DNA from: the human T2T-CHM13v2.0 reference genome, Homo sapiens
NCBI RefSeq assembly: GCF_009914755.1
Contig: NC_060938.1
Reading direction: 5' to 3' (one strand)
DNA: 64,000 nucleotides
Shown: in pieces, positions 1-13,229 of the stretch
Layout of the letters: the number at the start of each line of letters is the position of its first letter
Position numbering within the stretch: the first letter of the stretch is position 1
Notes under the pieces: generated by a model
The model's input: the letters and a program-made list of their open reading frames with translations, nothing else
Database searches by the model: none
What the model was told of the DNA's origin: nothing
Program-made: the position numbers and the translations under genes

Positions 1-1304
1 TGCTTCACCGTCCCACTCCCCACAGCCCAGAACGCAGTGGGTAGTAGTCTACTTGTGAGCAGGTGCACACACATGTATAGACACACATACAACCTTCCCA
101 AGCACACGCACATCCTTGAGGGCCTTCCTATCAATACCCCCACTTGTATTCAGCTATCTATCAGGGGCAAAAAAAATAAACCAGGTCTCTCCCTGGAGGC
201 GCAATGATTTTATGGTAGAGGTGCTTTTGAGCGGCCAGCAAAACAAGACAAAGGTCTTATTTGGTTTATCAAGCCTAGGTTAACCCATTGTTCAGTGGGC
301 CAGGCAATGTTAATCAGTACCCAAGCCTTTGAATAAAATCTTTGCCAAATAGATCTGTGCAGATATTCTTGCTACATAATGATAAAAGCAATACTTCTGG
401 TAGGGAGGCAAAACCACTAAGATTTTAGGCAATAATTTTTCCTTGCTTACAAAACAGGGAGTAATGCCTACCCCAAAGATGTAAACAGTTTTTAATTCTT
501 TGAAGGAGAATCTGTCACTTATGCTAAAACCAATTGCCAAAATAATGCTAAATGGAGCTTTCTGGAAAGAAGGTATTGTAAGTAAAAGTCCCAGAAGAAA
601 CCCTTCTCTCCAATTTCTTCTTACGTTCCTGTGCAAACCCACGAAGGAGGGAATTGCATGATTTTAAGACCAAAGTCCTCTGTTTTTAAAAATCATATAT
701 CAAAACTTGAGAATGCAAAAGAGTTCTAATTACAACACCCAGGGGAATGGTTATGAAATACCAATAATGGTTGATAAATGCTCAACCTATTCAATGAAAC
801 ACATACACAAACCTTTGACCAGAAGCACGGACTTAGAAGGTCACCATCAGCATGATGAAAGCCTTGGAACACGCCTCTGACAAGCAAGAAGGGCATTAGA
901 GACCCAGGTGTTTCCCCTTTGATTAATGCACTCTCTGAGAAGCCCAGATTGAGAGGGAGCTATACATGATCAACCTTTGTTTTGGAAACGGCTTTCCTTG
1001 ATCTTCTTGGGTTATTGTGCAGCCCATTCTACAAGCCTCCTCCCATCCTCCCTCCTGGTTGTCAAAACAAGTCTGTGGGAGAGGCATTCTCAGGAATGTA
1101 TGATGCTCTGTTTAATATGGAAAAATGATCCTTCCAAGGCAGGGGAAGAAATAAAGAAGCAGATTTCCTCCTCAGCCTTCACAATACAAACCCTCAAGGA
1201 CACTGAGAGAAGGGTGGTTTAACAGGTGCATGAGGAAGATTTGAAAGTTGTGGCTCCTTCAGAAATTTGCTTCCCAGTTTAATTGTAGGCATCTAAAGGG
1301 TTAG

Positions 1305-2010
<706 letters not shown>

Positions 2011-2144
2011 GTGAGAACTGTTTACCCCCTGCTTAGAGAAGGAAGGTTACTACTCTCAATGGGGATGGTTGAATTTTTCAAAGATTAGCATATGATAAAA
2101 CAAGTTGTACCTAGTTAGGATTTTCTGAATCTCAGCCTGTAAAC

Positions 2145-2306
2145 TTACTATGTGATCTTAATATTGCTGAATCTCCATTTCCTCATCTATAAAATGGGGC
2201 TGAAATCTTCCTCAGAACTGTTGCAAGGATTAAATTAGGTAAATGAAGTTCAAATTTAATTCTGATACCTGGCCCACGGCATCCAGGAAACAGTAGCTAT
2301 TATTAT
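2145..2306 (+). mobile_element. MIR SINE fragment
   Basis: MIR core TTTCCTCATCTATAAAATGGGG...AGGATTAAAT and a TAGCTATTATTA tail. Confidence 0.75.
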
Positions 2307-2903
2307 GTAATTGACTGTTCTTTGCTTATTCATTCATAGACTACAGGGATTTTGTGCACAAGAATCAATATTATGAAAATAATTATTATGTAGATAGGCA
2401 ATGCTAGATATCCAAGCATAAACAACTTAGTAATAAAGTGCTGAAATCCATGTGACTCTTGAACAGATAACACTTTCATGAAATCCGACTGGTAGATGTC
2501 TGCGGTGATATAATGGGAAGGGCCTGGGTTTCAAGTCTGACATATCTGACTTCCGGTTCCAGCAATGCTACCATATAGCACAGAACCGGGGAATCATGGG
2601 AAAGTTACTCAGAAAATAGCCTATAAAATTTATAAAGCATTTACATGCTTTTATTATTTTACAATGCAATATTTTCTTTTTGTAGTCAGTTTTAATTGTG
2701 AGGCCTTGTATTTTTTTAAATGAAAATTTAAGCACTCTTTCAAATTCTTTATCTTTAGAGAACTATATTATATAAAGTTTGGAAAACAGGAAAGAGAGAA
2801 TAAAAGTCATAATTCCGCCCTCCTAACACAACCACCATCTTCATTGTGTATTCTCTTGCACTGAAAGCATCCAGAAGACCACATTGTGATCCTTCTTACC
2901 TGC

Positions 2904-3250
2904 TGTATTAGTCCACTTTCATGCAGCTGATAAAGACACACCCGAAACTCGGAACAAAAAGAAGCTTAACTGGACCTACACTTCCACATAGCTGGGGTGG
3001 CCTCAGAATCATGGTGGGAGATGAAAGGCACTTCTTATACGGCAGTGGCAAGAGAAAAATGAGGAAGATGCAAAGGTGGAAACCTCTGATAAAACCATCA
3101 GATCCCATGAGACTTATTCACTACCATGAGGACAGTATGGGGGAAACCGCTCCCATGATTCAAATTATCTCCCACTGGGTCCCTTCCCACAACATGTGAG
3201 AATTATATCAAGATGAGATTTGGGTGGGGACACAGAGCCAAACCATATTA
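2904..3250 (-). mobile_element. THE1 (THE1C-like) MaLR solo LTR
   Basis: TGTATTAGTCC...GAGATTTGGGTGGGGACACAGAGCCAAACCATATTA matches antisense THE1; perfect 5-bp TSD CCTGC at 2899-2903 and 3251-3255. Confidence 0.93.
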
Positions 3251-3336
3251 CCTGCCTTCCCTCCACCATCCTCTCAATTGTTTTACTGGATTTTTATCTG
3301 GCTAACAAAAACAAACAGGCAAAAAACAAAAACCAC

Positions 3337-3337
3337 A

Positions 3338-3379
<42 letters not shown>

Positions 3380-3401
3380 ACACACACATACATCACATCA
3401 C
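3337..3401. repeat. Interrupted (CA)n microsatellite
   Basis: Seen directly. Confidence 0.95.
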
Positions 3402-3969
3402 ATGAAACAGAAAAAGGCAAGATTTAGACTCCATATAGCAAATGGATTTATGCTACGGCGTGGCTTTTATCCATTGTGAATGTGCTTCCTAAACACTTGG
3501 TTCTTGACTAATGTGAGCGTTATCAGGACAGGACCTGGAAAACCCTCAGTGAGTTTTCCCCCACCCATATTGAATCCCCTTGGGCCATCACATCTGGATT
3601 GGTGGCCTGTTGGATGCTATTCAGTCATGAGTTCCTAACAAGAGACCTGAAAAAAGGCAACCATAAAGAAGGGATGGAGGGATGAGTTGGCCAAGAAAAA
3701 ATTGTCTGATGTGTCCAGCATATTTCTCTTTGGGAAGCCCAATGCTGAGCATGGACCTCCATAGCATTAAGGAGAAAACAACCCAGCAGAAATACATCGT
3801 TTTCTGAAATATGTGGGAAGGGGACACTTAAGAGAAGTGAAGACAAAGCATGACACTGCTTCACAAAGAGAATAATAAAACTTGAAGCTCTTTGCCCCAA
3901 GAGGTACTTCATATGGACAGAAAATAAAAACAAATTCAAAGAGCTTTGGGTGTTGAGGGTTGGGGAGGT

Positions 3970-4070
3970 AGGAGTGCCAGATAAAATATAGGACATCTGG
4001 TTAACTTTTCATTTCAGATGAATAATAAGTAATTTCTTTTTTTTAGTTTAAGTATGTCCTATCTATTCTT
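3970..4070. mobile_element. MER53-like hAT MITE fragment
   Basis: TGCCAGATAAAATATAGGACATCTGGTTAACTTTTCATTTCAGATGAATAAT...AAGTATGTCC resembles the recalled MER53 half-palindrome. Confidence 0.7.
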
Positions 4071-4288
4071 TGTATACCATATCCTGTATTTTTTAAATGT
4101 GTGAGGTTTAAGGTATCTATTTTTAAAAATATCTTTATTGAGATACAACTCACAAATTTAAAAACGTACTCATTTAAAGTGTGATTGTGCCACTGCACTT
4201 CAGCCTGAGTTGATCTATTCCCTTCAAAAGCCTGTCCCCAGCATTCCTTTGTCATCTTCATTTTCCTTACAATGGAAACTCCATAGCT

Positions 4289-4419
4289 CTCTGGGTGTGG
4301 TAGCTCACACTTGTAGTCCCAGCTACTTGGGAGGCTGAAGTGGGAGGATCACTTGAGCTCAGGAATTTGAGGCCAGCCTGGGCAATATAGTGAGACCCCA
4401 TCTCTAAAAAAAAAAAAAA
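4289..4419 (+). mobile_element. FLAM / free Alu monomer
   Basis: Single Alu-like monomer ending GAGACCCCATCTCT plus poly-A. Confidence 0.85.
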
Positions 4420-5358
4420 TTCTTAGTTTCCCTTTTCTCCTCTCTCTGCCCTCTTCCCCTTCCCCCTACACTTTGACCTGCATGACTTACTGATGAATGA
4501 TGAATGGAGAGGGATGGAAATTTTGTTTATCAGCTCTCCCAACACTGCATGCTCTTCCAGGGCAAATGACCGTGCTCACTTGTCTTTAAGTGCTTTTTAC
4601 CTCCCTGTACATATTCTGGCAACTTCTGTCACTTTGGGGGTGAGGATTTCCCCATGGAAGTTCTGTGTGAGAAATCATGTTTAATGTGTGATTCTGTACA
4701 GATGGGTGTGTAGGAAATATGACCGGCATACGCACTGACGTTGACCCATACAAGTCTAGGCATCTGTTAAGTGTTTGGCCCTGTCCAGGAAGTAGCCGGG
4801 CCATAAAATCTGATATGGGGAGGAAGCTTGACCATGGGAGGGGCCCCTTCACAATAGATTCTGCAGGGACAGTGGGGGGAGAGAGGAATGCTAGCTAGGC
4901 TGAGCGTCTGAGCAAATGTGGACAGCCAAAGGGAGCCTTGGCCAAAACTCTTCTCTCCTCTGTCTCCAGGAATTGGAAGTGTCCCACTGAGGTGTCACCG
5001 TGAGTCCATCCAAACCTTACTGAATTACTACCTCCATTTTAAGGTGTAAGGTGTTCAGAGAATGTTTGTGACTCAATAGTTCTTAACATTTTAGTTCTTC
5101 AATTTTAAGTGTGCCAGCTTATGAAATAAAACACATCTGTTAGCACATTGATTTTGGAAAATTTCCACTGATAGTTGTGAGGGCAGACACAGACGGTGAG
5201 ATTATAAGATTCTTTTTATTCACAGGGACTTCTTAAAAATCTAGCTTGTTTTCCGTTCTCCTTGTTGCCTTGTTCATGACAGGTGCTTGGCAAATATTAG
5301 TTGAATGGCTGAATAAATATATGTATGAGTGAAAGGCAGACATCAAAGTCTTCCTGGA

Positions 5359-5588
5359 TGAGGTCAAGAGCAGCCTGGGTAGTGTAGCAAGACCCTGTCT
5401 ATACCAAAAACTTTAAAAGGCATATCTGTGGTCCTAGCTAGCCTGTGGAGGCTGAGGCTGGAGATTGCTGAAGCCTGGGAGGTTGAGAGGCTACAGTGAG
5501 CTGTGATTGCGCCAACGGACGGCAGCCTGGGCAACAGAGTGAGACCCTATCTCAACAAACAAACAAACAAACAAACAAATCAAAAAAA
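5359..5588 (+). mobile_element. 5'-truncated AluJ with (AAAC)n tail
   Basis: Degenerate Alu arms ending GAGACCCTATCTC(AAAC)n. Confidence 0.85.
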
Positions 5589-6016
5589 TGTTCCCAGATA
5601 TTTGAGAATGGAATTTGAGATCAGGAAACAGGCCATCGTGTGAAAAGCCCCAGAGCAGTCATAGCTTTGCCACATAGAGTCTTGTGATTGGAACATGTCA
5701 CTTAAACTCCATGACCTTCAGCTTCTGTGGCTGTAAATGGGAATCACCTCCTGCCATAAGTGGTTTTGAGAATCAAGTGAAATTTCAGATCTGAAAATGC
5801 TTTTCTGACTATAGGCTGCTGTATAGATCGAGGATAATCTGATAGCGTTCAAAACCCAGTGCTCACCACCTCCAACCTCGTGATCTTGCTCGAGTTAGTT
5901 AATCTACACAAGCCTCGGTTTTTTCATCTACAGAATGAGAATAATAATCACACCAACCTCTCTGAATTGTCTTGAAACTTACATGAATTTATATGCACTC
6001 GAGAGCACAGAGGTGA

Positions 6017-6382
<366 letters not shown>

Positions 6383-6674
6383 TCTCTGCATATTTTCTAA
6401 GTAGCTTGTTATTCTGCATTGCCCAGACTTGTTTCTCTGCCAACCCACCAGTCAGTAAGTAAATTAATTAGGTGATAAGTGATTCCTTGATCTTTTTATT
6501 ATTACTATTTGGTTATGATGATTAAAGCAGATGGTCATCTGATTGGGCATAGGTCATGCATGCAAAGCAGCTGCAGTGGTATCTCAGGATTGTTTCCTTA
6601 TCAGAGACCTGCCATCCAGGTGTTTCCTCATCTTAGGAGCCGCCCTCTAGGTTTCCTCAAATTGTGTCTTTCAG

Positions 6675-7092
6675 ATGAGACCCACCCATCGGAGCCAGGC
6701 TTTGAAGGAACTGACCGCAGTGTGCATGAGGAAGTACTTCACGGTGATGACCCTCGCCACCCTCTCAGGAAAACACAGTGACCTCTCCCCCAACACCCCC
6801 TTCCCACTCCCAGGTCCCCCGGCAAAGGCAGAAGAACAAAGCAAGCCTTTCCACCAAAGCAGCCATGAACCCCATTCTCATCCTTTCCAAGAACTCTCTG
6901 CTATACCAGATAGGGGTTTGGGGTTCTGTTTTCCATTTTTTAAAAAAATCATTTCAAGACTCTTGAACAGTGTGTCGGTTTACACTATTCTATCTTCTTA
7001 AGCCACCATATCAACATATTCACTCTGCTTCCTTTCTTTTCATTTGGCAGATGCCACACTTTTAATGGCAGCAATAAAAGGTGTTTCTATCA
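6675..7092 (+). other. RAD51B: Candidate alternative terminal exon, possibly the distal last exon of RAD51B; phase-1 frame (x)ETHPSEPGFEGTDRSVHEEVLHGDDPRHPLRKTQ* with stop at 6779-6781
   Basis: Seen: pyrimidine-rich acceptor TTGTGTCTTTCAG|A ending 6674, four CpGs in about 100 nt, AATAAA at 7073-7078, CA at 7091-7092. Gene identity is inference from recalled 14q24.1 layout and phase-1 splicing of RAD51B last exons; not verified by search. Confidence 0.42.
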
Positions 7093-9085
7093 ATGCCAGG
7101 TGGGCAGCCCTGACCATCTAAAGCCTCGGAGAGGGTTATACCAAGTCTCCTGTACACCTCCGTGCTAGTGACAACATGTGGGGACCTCTCATCCCAAAGT
7201 TTTGGGACAAAGTCTCCCGTCCCTTATCATTTGTTTTCACTGAGGCTAAATGTATCTGTTCAGTACATGGATAGATTTTTAAGCTCCTCTCACAAAGTCT
7301 TGTGCTTGAGACAAAATCAGCCCAGGTTCTGCACTTTGTCTATATTTCAGCAGCTCTCCTGCTTGATATTAAAAATAGCCTTGTCTAGTCCATCGAGATC
7401 AGACCCAGGAGACAGGCGCCTGCTATTCTAATCTCTGCTTCACAAATAGCTCTCTATGGGCTCAAGCATCTATCAACACTTCCAGGGGTCTCCAGTTATA
7501 AAACAGGGCCAGGCCTAGTCACCTATAAAGGTAGGCTCTGCTTAACTCCCCTGAGCTGTCCATGAGGTTAGCATGAGGCCTACAACAATCACATTTCTAC
7601 CATGGACCAGAGACTTCCAATGGTGACTCAAAACTGAGAAGCAGTTAAGAGCATCCCCCACACTCAGGGTATCCTGCATTTCCCAGGCCAGAACCTACAA
7701 AAGGTTCCCTTGAGACTCAAACTCAAGCAGCACTGGTAAACAGGCTGCCCCTCCCCGCTTCTTCCCTCCTCCTGCAAACCACCCCCCATCCCTCACTTTC
7801 ACCTCCCTTCCTCCCCAAGCCCATCTTGTACTCTGTGAAAAACTGTAGTCCCCTCAGTTGCCAAGGGAACCAAGCCTTTTATTCCATCCGTGACTAGCTG
7901 GTTGGGCTGAGGAGTGGGGCAACAACTGGTACCCAGGCCTTTGGAAGCCCAAGCCCTCCCTTTTTCCCAAAGGGGGAGGGGTGGGCTGCACCCCCCGTTG
8001 CCTTTTCACCCAAACCCAGCTGGGTGGGACCGAGCCCTTGGGCTCTCAGGAGCTCCCTGGCTGTGGGCTGGGGAGATCAGTGCTCCCCAGGCCCTCCTCT
8101 GGCCCTGGCCCTTTCCAGAGGACAATAGCCTTCATGCAAGGGAAAATTCCATCGCCCAGGGTTCAAGTCTCCAAGGAGTTGCTGGGGCCTCTATTTAGCC
8201 TGGAGTGGGCTCTGAGGAGCCGCTGCAGCTGCCCGGCTTGTTTTCCCCCTCGCTGTGTTTTATTTTTAACCCCTGAGCTGCCAAGGATTGTTTTTCCCCA
8301 ACCAGTGCCTGGGAACTAAGGGAGGGAAGAAATAAGGCTTTGTTCCCTTTGGGGAACTAATTGGGAAAGACAGGCAGTGTGGCCAGCTTGGCTCTATTAG
8401 GGTGTGGGGCTCCCACCCCTCACTGCACAACATCTTCACCCCAATCCATACCCAGGAGGCTGGGAGTGCAGAAGTGCCCCCCAGGATGCAACCAGAGGCC
8501 CGGGGGCTGGTGGGAACGCAAGTGCAGCTTCAAGACTGCAAAGGCAGCTCAGAGCCACTTTCTTGGGCTCCGAAGATATTCAGGAAATAAGATGTTGGGA
8601 GCTGGAAATGTCTATTTTTCCCATTTCAACCCCCCCCAAACTAACCCCTGCTTTTCTCCTGCTGGTGGTGGTGGTTGTTGTTTTCCAGACCTGCATAATG
8701 AACTCTAGAAGAAAAGTGAGGGAACTCAAAAAAGTAAGAAACCAGAAAATAAAGACATTATACTTTTAAACACTAGGCTAATCAATGGGAAACACCCAGC
8801 AACCCCACTTATAAGTTTACTCCGTAAAAAATATTCCTTATACTCAGAAATTTAATTTCATTGCAAATCAGCTAGGAATTAATGAAAAATTTCTTCCACG
8901 GCCATTTTATTTTAAGATCAAATGGATTCCAGATAGGGACCCATTAAGAATCTAAGGACCATTTTGATCCCGTCTAGGAACAGAGCAAATTTCTAAGGAA
9001 TCACCCACTTGCAGCAAGCCAGCACATTCAAGTTAGGGCTGTGGCATATGACACCCAGTGCGTTCAAGTAAAGACTGCTCGTCTA

Positions 9086-9935
<850 letters not shown>

Positions 9936-11900
9936 AAAACCATCAGCCCTGTTAAGTTGCTCACACGTGCTGTTGCAGCCCCAGCTCACCCAGTAGTAAA
10001 TCCTGCTGACACAGGGTCCCCCACAGCTATGGGTCTATCCTTCCTCTGGTGTGGCAAGACTACATTTTCAGGAAGCTGCTGGGCAGAATGAAGCAACTCA
10101 AAGCTCAGGAGAAGTGTCTACGTGCCTTTTAGGGTTGGGGTTTAACCCAGCACTCAGGGATTTCCCAGCATGCAGACAAAGGCACTGACAGTTACAGCAG
10201 AAGCTGGAAGGGTGAGTCAAGCCAGGACTCAGCACGCTTGAACCCATCCACAGCTCCCACTCACATCATCCCACACTCCCTTTTCACATTTACTCCAAGC
10301 ATCTGGAGCCCCAAGCTCCTGTGCCTCAACCCATGCCCTCAGTAACAGTATCCATTGCCAAGCCAGAATTGACTCCGGGCCCACCTTGCCACTCACTCAG
10401 AGTCTGTGAGGAGTGGGCACCGCACGCAGCCGTGAAACAGGCCAACTCACAGGTGGGCTCCCCACTGCACGTCTTGTCCGAAAAGACACCCCTCAGCCCC
10501 ATCAGTGTTGACTTTGCATTGCGCCATTAGATTATTTCTTTCAGCTCTTCTTAAGACAAATGGCTGGCTGTTGGGAGGCTGGCCAGGGTTAAGGTGGAGC
10601 CTCAATGTGGCCATTTTCACAGCCCCGGCAAAGCCTGTGGTTGATGCCAAACCCCCATTGAACTGAATAGAATGGAGGAAAGCTAACCAACCCACCAGAA
10701 TAATAATCACTAATGCTATGGAGTGATCACACAGCAAGACTGTTCTAAGTGTTTTATGTGTATTCATTTATTTTTACCTCATCATAAGTACTATTATTTT
10801 TCTATTTTATAGATGAGAAAACTGAAACAAGGTCACAAACCAGATGATCTAAAGGGTAGCCACTACTGCCTCCTAAAGAACCCCAATCAGGAATCCCAGA
10901 TTAATTTGCCCAGCATCCTGTTTGGAAACCACATGTCCACCCTGCAACTGTACCTGGCTTGTGTCCCACAAGGAGGAAGATGCAGGGGACTCCGGAAGCT
11001 AAGGAGGTAGACATGGGGTTTACTTGGGTTAATGTGGCCGGGGAGTCAGGAGACCTTGATTCCCATTCTGGCTCTGCCCCTATCCGCATGAGGATGGCCA
11101 ACTGTTCCAACCATGGGTTCCACTCTCCTCATTGCTCAGCCACCAGGTTTCCAGGTCCCTCAGGCCCCTGCACATCCTCAGATATCTGAAGAACAGTGAT
11201 CGGTGTGACGACAGGGCCCCTTCACAGAACGAACTTGACAAAGAACCACTCACCGCACACACGAGCCTTAGAATGCACGTGTCAGTGTTTTGGGAAATAT
11301 GTGCTGTTTTGAAATGTGTCTGGGCCATGAGCAAGTTTGGGGGGAGACAGGATAGGAGCTTTTCTTCCAGTTAATGAAGTGAGGCTTCATGGAGGAAGAA
11401 GATTTTCTTAGTCACATTTCCTGTTTCACACTGACCTTTTAAAAGGAAACCCACAAGTGAACCTGTGCTAGGGCCTGCTTGCAAAATCTACCCACAGGTA
11501 TAATAAAGATGATCTAAATAAAGCCCACAGTAGGCCAAGCTTAACCTGAATCAGTGGAAATAATAAGATCACTAAGAAGGGCTGATGGCCTGAGATAAGA
11601 GACATGGTGGTGCTCCGTATACTGTAAATAGAAGTGACACGTGAGAGATTTAATGATTATTAAACAGGAATCTAAGCAGAGAGGCAGAGATAAACCATGC
11701 AATCTTTTCATCAGTCTCTAGGTACTCAGGGCTTAGCCACTCATTATAAAATGGAGACTCTAAAAAATTAGGAGAGATGGATGCAGTGATTTCAAAAGAA
11801 GTTGTGTTGATTGGGTTATAAAATTAATTATGGGAATTAAGATTACTTATCTGCAGAGGAAAAGACCAAGAGATAACTGAAGAACTTAAAGTTGGTAAGG

Positions 11901-12290
<390 letters not shown>

Positions 12291-12293
12291 TCA

Positions 12294-12644
<351 letters not shown>

Positions 12645-12788
12645 CTAAGGCCACCCAAGTCCAGGGGAGCTTCACCATCAGGCAGCACCCATCGCCATGG
12701 CTGTTTACATTAACTCAGGGAAGACGCCACAGAAATGTTAAGTTTTGAAAGCTTTGTTTTGTTTTGTTTTATTACTTTTTCATTTTAA

Positions 12789-12894
12789 AAAATATGGAAT
12801 GCTTCACAAATTTGCGTGTCATCCTTGCTCAGGGGCCATGCTAATCTTCTCTGTACTGTTCCAATTTTAGTACATGCACTGCCAAAGCGAGCAC
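12789..12894 (-). pseudogene. Full-length U6 snRNA processed pseudogene (probably RNU6-921P if the locus inference holds)
   Basis: Reverse complement aligns to U6 over 106 nt with 9 substitutions by hand count; degenerate A tail at 12772-12786; 17-bp TSD TGTTTTGTTTTGTTTTA at 12755-12771 and 12895-12911. Confidence 0.95.
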
Positions 12895-13054
12895 TGTTTT
12901 GTTTTGTTTTAAACAAGGAGGCCTGGAATTGGGCTGAAGTTAAAAAAAAAATCATACAAAGGAAACGGTAATTATGTTAACAAAAATAGAGTGGGGAATA
13001 GGGTTAGGCCATGACAGGCAATGATCCTAAGAGCTAGAGATCTCTCCCACCCCA

Positions 13055-13190
13055 ACAGAGAGAGACAGAGAGACAGACAGAGAGAGAGGGAGACAGAGAC
13101 AGAGAGAGAGACACACACAGAGAGAGAGAGACACACACGCACACACACAGAGAGAGAGAGACACACACACACACACACAGAGAGAGACAC

Positions 13191-13227
<37 letters not shown>

Positions 13228-13229
13228 GA
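13055..13229. repeat. Compound (GA)n/(GACA)n/(CA)n microsatellite
   Basis: Seen directly. Confidence 0.95.

Noticed and set aside
168-180. AATAAA as a gene 3' end
   Set aside because: Embedded in an A run, with no supporting upstream exon visible in the window.
2921-3199. 92-aa ORF
   Set aside because: Lies entirely within the THE1 LTR.
12789-12894. Functional U6 gene
   Set aside because: TSD, A tail and nine substitutions mark a retrocopy; no external promoter was seen.
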